DNA of 63,786 nucleotides, the filler included, from Octopus bimaculoides (taxonomy: Eukaryota), in assembly GCF_001194135.2 (NCBI RefSeq). It is 7 parts of 5 records of this genome, joined end to end, with 100 filler letters (N's around TTAATTAATTAA, not from the genome) between each part and the next. Parts side by side here need not be neighbours in the genome. Positions count along the whole stretch, not along the records: positions 17,226 to 32,957 come from NC_068995.1; positions 33,058 to 40,673 come from NC_068984.1; 5 more parts are not named here. The stretch is one strand, 5' to 3'. This document shows, one piece after another, positions 25,177 through 38,127 of this stretch. Position 1 is the stretch's first letter; each line of letters starts with the position of its first letter. The notes below the pieces were generated by a model. That model saw only the letters and a program-made list of their open reading frames with translations, ran no database searches and was not told the DNA's origin. The position numbers and the translations under genes are program-made.

Positions 25177-25505
25177 TGGCATTCCATCGGTTACGACGTC
25201 GAGTGTGTGTTCAAACTAAATCGATCAATAAAAAATCTGTTCGTGAAATGAACGTGCCAATGGCCGAGTACTCCACAGACGCGCGTACTCTTAACGTGTT
25301 GTTCATAGGGTGACGCAGCGTGACATGGATTGTGACAAGGCTGGCCCTTTAAATTACAGGTACAATTCATTTTTGCCAGCTGTATTGCCAGGAGCAACGT
25401 GAAATAAAAATGTGTTGCCCAAGGTTAAAAAACATCAGCGAAATTAGAACTCAAGAGCTTACGATCGTGAGTCAAGTGTCCTAACCACTAGGCCACGCGT
25501 CTTCA
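25177..25505 (-). mobile_element. tRNA-derived SINE sharing the family B 3' half but with a different head and middle
   Basis: Head GTGGCCTAGTGGTTAGG. From TTGTACCTGTAATTT onward it matches family B to its end. Confidence 0.75.
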
Positions 25506-26479
25506 GCATACATACATACATAAATACATACAAACATACATACATACATACGTACATACATACATACATACATACATACACTGAACTATTGCAGTAATTC
25601 TATCCAGATTACAAGTTTACGTTTATACCTGTATTTATTGGGGCACTGGGATATGTAGTACACTGCCTACATTTCAATCTTGAGAAATTAAGCTTCTCAA
25701 AACCAGAACGGAGAAAGCTGATTCGAAGACTACTGATTCAAACCATCATTGGAACTGTAAAAATCTGTAAAACTTGCCAGAAGTCTTTTGTCTAGATATG
25801 CAACTATATGCATAAAAATACATACATAAAACAAAACATACATACATACATACATACATAAATACATACAAACATTTATACATACATTCATTCATACAAA
25901 CATACCCTGTTGATGTTGTTGAAATTCCAATGAAGGAGCCTTGAATCTAGGTTTAAAAGCGACTCTTTCTCGATTGGCAAGAAATTTTGAAATAAAACTG
26001 AATTATGACATACATACATAGACAAATACATACGCATATACACACACAAGCGCACACACATACACCACCCAGTTCACACACACAGGTAGATTTTTTTGCC
26101 AGAATCTTCTGATGATGGTAACATAAATTTGTCTCATGGATCTATAATTTATACTATAAGAACTTGTGTTATTCTATACACTTACGCTTGCGTGTAAACG
26201 AAAATTTGACAAGCACTCACTACACGGCTGTATCTAGGCGTAGAAGCCGGGAACTGAAGCGGCCTACCAGAGCGAAAAATTTCACGCATGAGCAGAAAGG
26301 TTGGTGTCATCTCCTACCCAAAGGATTTTTGTCCACGCAGCATTAGTTTTGGCAGAAAGAAATAAAATTGGATATTTTTTGAACGCACCGCGTATCTTTT
26401 CTTTGCTCAAACACTACCACGCACACACATATTCATATATANNNNNNNNNNNNNNNNNNNNNATGGACTCTCCCGCCGA

Positions 26480-26752
26480 AGACGACGCATGAGAGTTCAG
26501 CTTTTGCCGAATGACCTGCACAAATTATTTGTTTATAATGATCAAATGTTCATGCAGCACATAAGCCCACTCTCTCCATCAAATCGACGCTGTCTGAATC
26601 GCTGCATGGTGTACTACGCGTCAAATATCGAAGTGATAACAGAGCACGCCAGATGAAGTGTTTTGCTCAAAAACACAACACACCACCAACTCTAGGAACT
26701 GAAATCAGGACCGCTAAATCACGACTGGAACACTCTAACCGTTAGGCCATGT
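26480..26752 (-). mobile_element. tRNA-derived SINE (another family), diverged
   Basis: Minus-strand head ATGGCCTAACGGTTAGAG followed by GTGTTGTGTTTTTGAGCAAAACACTTCATC. Confidence 0.6.
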
Positions 26753-28224
26753 GTGTGCATGTATATGTATGTATGTGTGTGTGTGGTGGGGGGGTAGAGT
26801 GTAGTATTATAAAAACTAAAAGTTTGACTTGCTATTCAAGTTTCTTGCCACTGCGATCTTCAGGTGAGAACTGTTATAACACAGCATTTCTTGTGTATTT
26901 ATATACTTTGGTGTATGTGTGGTGCATTGCTTGTGTTTGCACATTATTTTGCGTTTCGTGCTTATTGATTGGGTGGCGTTTTTTCTGGCCTCTTCATTAA
27001 TTGTTTGAAAAATAAAAAGAAGGAACATCATATGCATACATATAGACATACGTATATATATATATATATATATATATATGCGTGTAGTGTGCGTGTGTGT
27101 TCGTGTGTGTGTCCCCGTGTGTGTCCCCGTGTGTATGTGTGTATGTGTGTGTGTGTGTGTTATGTATGTACATAGTATTCATATTTCCAACGATTATGCA
27201 TTATTTTCAGTGACGTGTTACTATCACTTATCACGAGGAATATATTTCAAATCAAAAAGCATTTCTTGTACAGTTTTCAAACAATGTGCCTTACATGTGG
27301 TTTTGCAGGGGCACTCATATAATCTAAATGATGGGACCACTCTGTAGTCGGCCGACCTGTTAAAAAAACCTCCCAAAAACTCAAATCTCGCTCAAATCAC
27401 ACTTTATAATTTAAAATATTTGAAAGGAAACATCAAGGAATGTAATCAAAGATGCTTCTAAGAAATTGATTTGAATGCTTTTAATCATTGCCCTGCTCGT
27501 TAACTTTTTGTCCCGGTGCTAAACAAACACCAATAACCACAATAACAACAACAACAACAATAACGACAACAACAATAGCAACAACAGTAATAACAATAAG
27601 TGATCACATAATTCGCTAGGAGCGTTTAACTGCCGGGCATTCTACTGTAGAATGTGAGATAGCGGGATACTAACGTCGCATAGTTAGGGACCGAATGTGG
27701 CAACCGACGGAAGCCAGCGAATAGAGAGGTGAATGAACACAAAGGATACGCACAGTGGGTGGCGTCGGAGAAACGGAAGCAGAAGTAGTGGCAGGAACAT
27801 TAACGGTTCGAACAGTAGAGGAGTGTGCAGCGGTCATAACGGGATTAGTGCGTTCTCCATCCTCAGATCTTCGCACATGCACCACCAAGAGACATCAAGC
27901 ATTTTACTCTTCATTCGTCTCGGTTCGACAAATTTTCTCCCATGACGCACGTCTCCAGTTTACTCTCGATTCCGCTTTATGCTGTCAAACGGTAAACCAA
28001 ATTAATATTTTACATAAACATCATTTTTTTTTTCAATTATAACAAAAGATATTTTAGATAAAAGAAAATGTTGTTTCCATTATTCATAACAGAAAAAGAA
28101 AACCGACAACAACAATAAAAAATAACAGTAATAATGATAATTGTGTTTACTATAGGCATAAGGCTTGAATGATAATGGCTGCATGGTGAGAAGATTGCTT
28201 CCCGACTACTTGCAAATTTTGGCA

Positions 28225-28410
28225 CAAAGCCAGCAATTCCGAAGAAAGGGAAAGTCGGTTATCAACCTCAGTACTGGTATTTATTCTATGGACTCTGAAA
28301 GGATGAAAGACAAAGTCGACCCGAGTCGCATTTGAACTTTGAATGTAAAGACGGACGAAATGCCGCTGAGTATTTTGCCCTCTGTGCTAACGATTCATAA
28401 CGATTCACCG
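28225..28410 (-). mobile_element. SINE family C, diverged
   Basis: Reverse complement has GAATCGTTAGCAC...TTTACATTCAAAGTTCAAATGC...GACTTTGTCTTTCATCCTTTC. Confidence 0.7.
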
Positions 28411-28679
28411 CCTTCATAATAAAAATAACTTACATAGGCACATGATAACTATAATGAAGATTCTTNNNNNNNNNNNNNNNNNNNNNNNNNNNNNNNNNNN
28501 NNNNNNNNNNNNNNNNNNNNNNNNNNNNNNNNNNNNNNNNNNNNNNNNNNNNNNNNNNNNNNNNNNNNNNNNNNNNNNNNNNNNNNNNNNNNNNNNNNNN
28601 GTCAGTGACAACAATAATACCAGCAGCAGCAGCAGCACCACCACCACCACCACCACCACCACCACCACCACCACCACCA

Positions 28680-28988
28680 CCGGTCCATATGAACCCTGGG
28701 GGTTCACATAAGATTTTTGTGGGTCCACGCAAGCAAAATAGTAAATTGGGAACTCACAATGGTATATTAAGGGTCCACGACAAGTTTTAGCTTTAGATGT
28801 ATATTTATCGCAAGAAACAGCTAGGATTCTTTCTCGAAAGTTTTACACAGTTTTTACTCGACAAGGAATTTTGAAGGAAGTATCTCTAAAACTAGTTTTA
28901 AATATCAAATGACGATAAGGATCTGCCAGAATAAAATAGTAATCTAAGGGGTCCATAGGTAAAAAAAAAATGGTGGAGAACCGCTAGT
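28680..28988. mobile_element. hAT-like MITE related to 23320-23560
   Basis: Shares the (T)CCATAT/CATAAGATTTT motif and the GGGTCC...AAAAAA.GGTGGAGAACCGCT terminus. Confidence 0.45.
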
Positions 28989-29176
28989 TTAGATGGTCAC
29001 TGAATGCATTTTGTTCAGAAATTAGTAAAACAAATAGTGCGAAATAGCAACGACTGGTAATATAAGCAGAAGTTCATTAAATACTTACATTCTAGTCACC
29101 ACATCTAAAGCCAATACATAAAATGTATACATCCATTCACTATCTCCTACACCACAGCCATACGTAAACACACCTA

Positions 29177-29391
29177 TGAGGTTCCTGGCTTTAAGAGTGT
29201 CGTGAAAGATCTGGTTGGAGGCCCAACCTTCTGAGTTCTTTTACAAGGCTAAGAAAAACTGAAGGACCTCTGCTATAAGTGTGTGAATCTGCGAGGGAAT
29301 ATGTTGAATAAAATCATAATTAACTGATCTGCCTCTATTTTCTTTTACCCTAAGCAAGGAACTTTTCCGTAACCCCTCGCACAACTCATTG
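29177..29391 (+). mobile_element. mariner-derived MITE (copy of 41816-42020), left TIR eroded
   Basis: Colinear with 41816-42020. Confidence 0.75.
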
Positions 29392-29782
29392 AAAGAAACA
29401 CACGCATGTTCACATAAACTTATGAAAGCTCTTCTTATTCATACGTAAAGACACACGACCGAAACTCCATTTATGGAAAATAGTAATGTTTACGTTAGTT
29501 ATGTATGACTAAATAATTTATGTGTAGAGAATCTCCTTAGACCAAAGGTTCCTAAAATGGCACGACTGACCCCCTGTTAGGAGTGGTTTTGAAATGTTTA
29601 AATGAGAAATATTAATGAAAGTATCTTCCCAAGGGAGTGATGGATTTCTTGTTGCTCCTTTGAAGATTTACCGTGTTAACATATGTTGCTGTTCTTAATT
29701 AACCCTAGATCATCAGTCATCGACCAAATCTACGATAAAAGGCATTTCAACAATGACCACCACATCTTTATAGCATATCGTT

Positions 29783-30186
29783 TATCTTTTACTTGTTTCA
29801 GTCATTAAACTGCGGCCATGCTGGGGCACCGCCTTGGAGAAATATTTTAGTCGAATGAATCGAACCTAGTAATTTTCTTTTTAAAGTTTGCAAATTTATT
29901 CTATTGGACTCTGTTACTGAACCGCTAGTATTACGGAGACGTAAACACACCAGCGCCGGTTGTCAAGCGTAGGTGGGGGACAAAGAGAAACAGACACGCA
30001 TACATACGGACACAGATATATACGACGGGCTTCTTTCAAGCTCCGTCTCTGAAATCCACTCACACGGCTTTGGTCGGCCCGAGACTATAGTAGAAGACAC
30101 TTGTCCAAGGTGCCATGCAGTGGGACTGAACCTGGAACTATGTGGTTGGGAAGCAAGCTTCTTACCACACAGCCACTCCTGCACCT
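29783..30186 (-). mobile_element. SINE family A, full length
   Basis: Reverse complement of family A from head to tail. Confidence 0.9.
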
Positions 30187-31314
30187 ATACAGACTTACAT
30201 TAAATAATGTGTCGTATTTTGTCATAAGACGGTTGGTCATGATTTGCGGTTACATTCCGTTGTTGACCTTGTTATCAGATATTATAGTCTTATGCGTGTG
30301 AGCTTTGCCGAGTGGTTTTCTTGTAACTCCATGTCATCCGTGACTGAAAAGGTCTATGGTCAAGGACATTCTAATCAACGCAACCCGGTTTTTGTCAGTC
30401 ACACTGAACCGAGAATCATTCACTTCAGTATGTACTTCTTTTCTAATACGACAAAGTGCAATTTGAGAGATATTTAGCAGCTATTTCTAGCAAGTCAAGC
30501 AACCATGCAGAAGTCCACTCACGAGGAATGCTATTTAGCAATAGAGAGCTAAGGATGAGATGAAGCGCAAAGGTGGTGGACTAAAATAAGTTTGTTAATC
30601 TCTGGATTAGATAAAGCTTTAAAATATCTTTTGTTATAATTCTATATATTGAAGTATTCCAAGTGTGTTGGATGGGGATTTCGGCTTTTTTTTATTATTT
30701 CTTCTTCGAGTGGATGGAATTTCTTATATTGCTATATTCTTTGTACTCGCCCAAATTATGTAGAAAGTTTTAAATCAACATGTTTACAACATGTTTGAAA
30801 TGATAAGCTCTTTTTCTGTTCAGCTGCCACTATCTAACTTTAATTCGTTTGAGGTGTCAGTGTTGAAATCACAGAGCCTGTTCATACCAATAGCTATAGA
30901 AATCTCGTCTCAGCACTGAAGACTCAGTTTATTGATGTTAGTATAGAAGTTGGTTGATCGAATGATTTCTTTGATGCGTTTGTCATCTATTCTGTCTGCT
31001 TGTTTCATGGTCACACGCACATATATTCAAGTTTATATACATATATGCCCCCCCCCACTCACGTGCATTTATGTGGGCTGTGTTTTATATATATATATAT
31101 ATATNNNNNNNNNNNNNNNNNNNNNNNNNNNNNNNNNNNNNNNNNNNNNNNNNNNNNNNNNNNNNNNNNNNNNNNNNNNNNNNNNNNNNNNNNNNNNNNN
31201 NNNNNNNNNNNNNNNNNNNNNNNNNNNNNNNNNNNNNNTATATTTATACATGTATATATAAGACAAGGCATAAATAATGGTCCAGATCTATATTTAAGAG
31301 CTGAGGAATTATGT

Positions 31315-31572
31315 ACATTATTTACATTATTTACATTCGACGGATATTTGTCCTCATCTTGTTTGTTGTTAACAGAACGTTTCCACTGATATACTCTCTA
31401 GCCTTCATCAGGTGACTTGGGGGAAATTTTGAACTTGTGTTCTCATTCCTAAGGTTCGAAATTTCCTCAAGACACCTGATGAAGGCTGGAGGGTATATCA
31501 GCCGAAACGTTGTGTTAACAACAAACATGATGAGGAGAAATATCCGCCAAATGTAAATAATGTAAATAATGT
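31315..31572. mobile_element. Inverted-repeat element (~120-bp arms) with a hammerhead motif in each arm (Penelope pLTR-like)
   Basis: 31315-31436 and 31452-31572 are reverse complements. Termini are (ACATTATTT)n/(AAATAATGT)n. Confidence 0.8.
31471..31516 (+). ncRNA. Type I hammerhead ribozyme motif, dimer-type (ACGU stem III)
   Basis: GACAC-CTGATGA-A-GGCTG-GAGGGTATAT-CAGCC-GAAAC-GTT-GTGTT: 5-bp stem I, 5-bp stem II and an intact core. Confidence 0.7.
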
Positions 31573-31999
31573 ATAAATAATGGTCATTACATATTTTTCT
31601 TTCGTGTTGTAAATTTGACTTACACCTGTTTCCAGTAGTCATTGTAGGTTTGTTATTGATACGTTTACTCAATCAATCTATTGATTGGTTGAGAAAAATT
31701 GAACGACCTAAAAAATTAATGTGACTTTCAACAGAGTTATATGTATAGAGGAGACCCGTTCGGTCATGAATTGCACCTGGAAAGTTGCCCTCCGAGGCAC
31801 AAGTCCGGGCAAGGTTGTTTATAGAAGGCCAGCAGTCGCCCATGCATTCCAGCATCCCCTCTCCACACCACTGATGTTGCGTTAACGTATCTCGAATGTT
31901 ATTTTAGCAAGATTAAAGTTATTTCTTTTGTTCAATAAGCCATTTACCATTTCTGTGGTGTCCCCTTCTCTTGATGCCCTAAGTAAATGCTTATTTTGC

Positions 32000-32456
32000 T
32001 TAATGATTAATCCATCTCAGATGGTTTCGTATGTAGAACCATGATTAATATTAATTTGCAGAGAATATGATACCTCCACGACGGTCACTTGTCGGTTAAT
32101 CAGAACCATCTCTTGAGCTTGTTGAATGTTCACGCCAGTGGTTGAGGTTGATGGGGTTTTTTCTCCCTCTTCATGCTTCATGCTTGTCCGGCCATTTAAA
32201 TTTTTTCTATCCACTCATACACACTTGTACGCTGTAGAGCGCTGTCCCTGTATCGTACTGAATGCTTGCGCTGAATTTCAGCGGAACGGCTATGTTTATT
32301 CTGTAACACAAGAAAGAAAACTGAAGCAATCAAGGTCAGAGCTCGGTTTCGTAACCACAAGAGAACCACCTTTAAGCACGCAAACACTGAAGGCAGTGAG
32401 GTCCAATCTAAAGAGAGTTTCTGCGAAAGTGCGGATTATTGTTGATTTCCCTTAGT
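32000..32456 (-). mobile_element. mariner transposase relic (N-terminal HTH region) with 5' TIR
   Basis: AEIQRKHSVRYRDSALQRTSVYEWI..NGRTSMKHEE..PSTSTT..NIQQAQEMVLINRQVTV. TIR-like TACTAAGGGAAATCAACAAT at 32456. Confidence 0.8.
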
Positions 32457-32731
32457 ATATACACACGATATTTACATGTGTGTCTGTGTGTGTGTGTCCG
32501 TGTGTGTGTAAATTTACACACGTGTTGGATGCAATACATTTCGATTGTTCAGAATCCGTAACATAATACCACAAAGTGCCCAAAATATAATTAAAAGTGA
32601 GCTACAAAATGTAGAAGCGAGACAATACTCTTGATGATAAATATGGATCACAGTTAAATAACTTAGAAATTTCACACAAAACAAATGTATAAGAAATATT
32701 CCTCTCTCTCTAAACACATCCATCCACCAAT

Positions 32732-32772
<41 letters not shown>

Positions 32773-33057
32773 GCGCATAGCAACTACAAAGAAGCAAACA
32801 TATCCGAAAAATATATAAGCGCTTCTGCTAATACAGGAACTGTTTGTTTTTTCCTCGCTCTCCTCATTTCATATTTACTTCGGATGTTGAACGAACTGAC
32901 AAACACCTCCCCAAGGGATCATGTATTTATGATTCATTGTATCACATATAACGTTTGNNNNNNNNNNNNNNNNNNNNNNNNNNNNNNNNNNNNNNNNNNN
33001 NTTAATTAATTAANNNNNNNNNNNNNNNNNNNNNNNNNNNNNNNNNNNNNNNNNNNN

Positions 33058-33092
<35 letters not shown>

Positions 33093-33722
33093 AGAAGAAA
33101 ATGGATATGATAACAATGGGAAACGTGGTTTTCGCTGGTATGTCTTTAATTATATAGATAACAAAGGAGAAAGAAGCAGAGATGAGAGTAGCATTTACGA
33201 TCATGAGTCCAATACACTAAGCCATGCGCCTCCACTATATGTGTGCGTGTGCGTGTGCGTGTGCGTGCACACATATACATATACATAGCACACGCACACA
33301 TATACATAGCACACGCACACACACCCATACACACATATACACACACACACACATACACATGTTCATGAACCTAAGCACACATATTTCAATATCCTTTCAC
33401 TCACACGTTGACAAATGCAGATATATAGTTGTGCCTATACATATACGTCTCAGCATGGTTGAAACCAACTAAAGAATAGCATACGTGCAGACATACATGC
33501 ATACATGCATGCATAAACGCGTCGCACGCACACATACACACACACACACGCATATATAATTTCCTCAAAGCATCCTGAAAATAATTCGGCTTCCTGCAGT
33601 GTATTACTTTTTTCTATCTGCTTAGGCTTACTAGTTTTCCTTTGCCGTAAAACAAAGAGGCCGTGAACGAGGATGACGACGATTGCAATAACAGTACCGC
33701 AAACAACGATATCAGCAACAAA

Positions 33723-33755
<33 letters not shown>

Positions 33756-33760
33756 GGCAA

Positions 33761-33821
<61 letters not shown>

Positions 33822-34084
33822 TTGATCCCTGAGGAAGATGGCCGCTGGGCCATAAGAAAGAGAAAGACTGATTACAATAAGTGAGGGAGTATGCATAAAG
33901 TCGAGTATAATTTAAAGCATGAAAAAAATAACAGCATGAAAAGAAGTAAAATGAAATGAACCACCCCAATTGGGAGAGGGACAGACACTAAAGATCAATT
34001 TGGAATAGAGCTGCACGACCACTTTCAATTACAAATGCAAATGGCCCCTCTCAGTTATGTTCTACGACCTATGGCTGAATGTTA

Positions 34085-34680
34085 AATGTAGGCCCTTTAA
34101 CTTGAGCGATACTCACCACTCTCTCTAACTTTTACAGTAAACATAGTTGAACGGGAGAAACGCCTTTGTCACAGTTCCACTTTCGCTCTTATTGAGGCTT
34201 GAAATGTCAGAGATTAAATGAAGACAAATAAAAGTGTTTATTTACAGTGAGTTCTATTTTTGTACCTTAAAAGCTCTTTCACCATAGCATCCAGACATAG
34301 AAAACTTCTTGTCTATCCTGGCCAAAGGAAAATAGTGAAACGATCCTCGCATTATACGCATCTAATAACTGAATCTGGCTTATGTTTGGCAACTACTGCT
34401 CGACTTAATTTCAGACGTCGGACACTGAAAATGCGCGTGCCAAACGTTTTCGTCACTCTGGACGCATCTTGGACAGATATTCCTGAAGATATATCTGGTA
34501 GACGTTGCCAGTTTGTACAGTTTTTCCATAGTGCTCGGGCTGCTGGAAGTTTTCGAGCTACACGTATAAGTTGATTTTCGCCGATGCCAAGTGCCGAGAA
34601 TGATATCACTATATCCCACAATTAATTCTCTGCAAGAATAGACTTCCGACCAACCGTATTGCATTACTGGAAGAGAAAGA
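34085..34680 (-). mobile_element. L1/Tx1-clade LINE 3' fragment, decayed
   Basis: ICPRCVQSDENVWHAHFQCP (CCHC knuckle), followed downstream by LCLDAMVKE and LRAKVE-like C-terminal motifs. Confidence 0.7.
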
Positions 34681-34754
34681 ACTGTTAGTACTTAACAATC
34701 TTCAAGATGCCAAGAGCACAATCTTAGTCTTCACTTGATGAAATATTGTAGTTC

Positions 34755-35152
34755 ACCACAAAAACAAGTTGTTGGAGAACATGCTTGTCAAAAAGAGACC
34801 GGACCTGCTCAATCTCCAGAAATCCCTGCAGATACTGCATCCACAATGTATGCCAGCGCTTCATACGTCACAACATACTGAACCCCAATAGCAAACGTTT
34901 TTGGCAGCAAATAGCTTCTAATTTAGTAGAACACGTTCCTTCAACAAAACGTGAACGAGAATATACTCCAAGATAGAATATATTAAATTATATAGTACAG
35001 CAATTTTTCCAAACTATTCACATACCTGAACTGACCGTTGGAGCCTCCTAAGTATTTTCCCTCAGAAACAATCTTTAAATTCCCCTACTCTGGCTCCGTA
35101 TACCTGAAGATGTAGGCGCTTTACACCAATCAAACTTGCAGTAAAGCGGAGC
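34755..35152 (+). mobile_element. Possible Penelope-like 3' end (GIY-YIG tail plus eroded hammerhead)
   Basis: NKLLENMLVKKRPDLLNLQ resembles the E..I...P.LN end of PLE endonucleases. A CTGAAGA core lies at 35104. Confidence 0.35.
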
Positions 35153-35436
35153 GGCTTCTCTCGCTCATTATATACATAAATTTAAACATACACACAGGCA
35201 TACTTACATAAATACATACGTACATACACACATACATACATACATACATACATACATACATACATACATACATACATACATACATTCATACATATTAAAC
35301 TAAGTACATGTATGCATATGTGTACACTCTNNNNNNNNNNAAATAACATAAACATACTCCACACAGTATGATTTTATAGTGATATATGTATAATTATGTA
35401 TTATATATATTACCATATATATATATGTGTGTGTGT

Positions 35437-35475
<39 letters not shown>

Positions 35476-35864
35476 TTTGTTTGTTTGTTTGTGTGTGTAT
35501 TTTGTTTGTGTGTGTATGTATATATGTATATACATGTATAAATATATGCAGTTGTTTGTATATAGATGTGCGTGCATCAATATCGATATATCCGTATGAG
35601 TGTGTGAGTTTAGATCTATGCAAGTATCTGCATTTGTAAAAATGCTGTCTTTCGAGTTGCGTTCCTTTACATCAAAGCTTAAGTTAGATATTCCATGAAT
35701 GTCTATATAACAAATAGGAGGTCGATATGAGTGAATGAAATCCTTAAAGGCGATACCCCAGCACGTTTTAGTATTGGAATGGTTTCAGCCCACTCACAGA
35801 AACCATTCAAATATTTAAAGAATAAAAGAAGAATATATTTAATCCAGTTCTCTAAAACATATTA

Positions 35865-36010
35865 GTGAAGAAATGGAAAGAAAAGTCTTTCACGATATCA
35901 TGCAAAACTGGACAAAGGCGGTGGGAATAAATCAATATGAAAACCAATAGGCTAAGAATTCTGGATAAAGACAAAAATGGAAGGTTTGATTTTAACAACC
36001 AAAGATCAGT
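35865..36010 (+). mobile_element. R4-like LINE fragment
   Basis: W.EK..H..YHAKLD...SGIKTKMEGLILTTKDQ corresponds to the GLK.ETEG.I.AAQDQ region. Confidence 0.55.
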
Positions 36011-37142
36011 ATCAAATACAGATAACAGAAGCTAATGTCAACTTCAAAGAAGAATTCAACATAAACGAACAATTGAACAGCTTAGTTTTGAATGCCCAAT
36101 CTTTGCGAAGACAGGCTATATCCAATAACTTCACCAGTTATTCAAGATGGTCAATATGTTTATACTTCTAAATGAAATATTGAAAGAGACATAAAATAAA
36201 TGAAAATGAATGGCAGCAACTCGTTCTAAATCTATGTAATAATGAAATGATTACTTTAATCTAGAGCGCATGATTCGACAGAATAATAAAGATATCAGAT
36301 CGCACCACTTACATATCATAATCACAAAGGGAAAATATTACTTATCCTCTCAGTTAAATATAATGAAATTTTTTTTATCTAATAAAACATCACCCAGAAC
36401 AAAGTAAAGTTGTTTTGTTTTGTTTTGTTTTTTCAATATACAATCCCATCCAGATGAAAACATGTGAATGAGAATAAATGGTGTATGAGAATAAATGAGC
36501 ATCGATAATAATTGATGTAGGGTATGATCAAAAATATAAGCACAACCACAAATACGATACCAAAACTCAAGTAAACACAATCCAAAATAGAACAATACAC
36601 ATTCTGAGCAACACACTTTGAGTATAAAAAAGGGCCCGGACTAGTTATATTGAATAAAAAAAAAATAACTAATAATAAAAATAAAAAAAGTCCGGGAACT
36701 TTTTGATACCATCTCGTAGTAACACAATTTATGCAGCACATATTCTACTCCATCAACTCAGAACACTGCAAAAAATAGCCATCAGTGGTATTAAGTTGGG
36801 AGATGGAAATTGAGAGCAGTTACAGCTCGACATGTCTGATAAGTTCGACATGTCCAGATATTTCTGCAGTTTCGTCTCCAATGCTTTGGTCATCGAGAAG
36901 TTATAGAACAAGACCACGATAACGTATAATGAGCGTATTGGTTGTGGACTGGCTTTAGCTACACAGGTATTTCTGCACATGAAGAGCAATGGAGGAAAAG
37001 CATTTCATTGGATTCAGAATTGTTGAAATTGTAGCATGCCTCTTAATAGTTTATAGTAAACCATTACTATGTTGTTTTATGCGTGCGTGTGTTTGGTTGT
37101 AGGCTAGAGGGTGCGCACGCATCTGTGTGTGTGTGTGTGTGT

Positions 37143-37201
<59 letters not shown>

Positions 37202-37648
37202 NNNNNNNNNNNNNNNNNNNNNNNNNNNNNNNNNNNNNNNNNNNNNNNNNNNNNNNNNNNNNNNNNNNNNNNNNNNNNNNNNNNNNNNNNNNNNNNNNNN
37301 NNNNNNNNNNNNNNNNNNNNNNNNNNNNNNNNNNNNNNNNNNNNNNNNNNNNNNNNNNNNNNNNNNNNNNNNNNNNNNNNNNNNNNNNNNNNNNNNNNNN
37401 NNNNNNNNNNNNNNNNNNNNNNNNNNNNNNNNNNNNNNNNNNNNNNNNNNNNNNNNNNNNNNNNNNNNNNNNNNNNNNNNNNNNNNNNNNNNNNNNNNNN
37501 NNNNNNNNNNNNNNNNNNNNNNNNNNNNNNNNNNNNNNNNNNNNNNNNNNNNNNNNNNNNNNNNNNNNNNNNNNNNNNNNNNNNNNNNNNNNNNNNNNNN
37601 NNNNNNNNNNNNNNNNNNNNNNNNNNNNNNNNNNNNNNNNNNNNNNNN

Positions 37649-37691
<43 letters not shown>

Positions 37692-37827
37692 CTTTATATG
37701 GCAAATTAAATCTGTAGCTTCCTGTTCCGCAAATATCTTTAGCAATTGAAAAGATAATGATGATACCATGTTGCTTTTAACTTCCATTTGTATTACTTGT
37801 AAAATTTCACTTATTATTATTATTATC

Positions 37828-37899
<72 letters not shown>

Positions 37900-38083
37900 T
37901 TATTATCCTAAATATTTCAGTCAGCAACATTTCATGATACAATAAATTGGTCGACATTTTAAAAAGCAGAAAAGCGATGGAACAGGTAGAAGAAACTGAT
38001 TGGCGAACTAGAAGCTCAAAGACAAGAGAAAGAAATGAAAAGAATCCCATAATGTGCTATAGCAGAACGCAGATCACGCAGAA

Positions 38084-38127
<44 letters not shown>

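Noticed and set aside
15414-25313. Many 200-430 aa ORFs rich in YI/CV/TH and X
   Set aside because: They arise from dinucleotide or tetranucleotide microsatellites and unsequenced gaps, which lack stops.
33828-33860. CTGAGGA-AG-ATGGCC-GCTG-GGCCAT-AA-GAAAG as a hammerhead
   Set aside because: There is a hairpin but no GAAAC...GUH stem III and no stem I.
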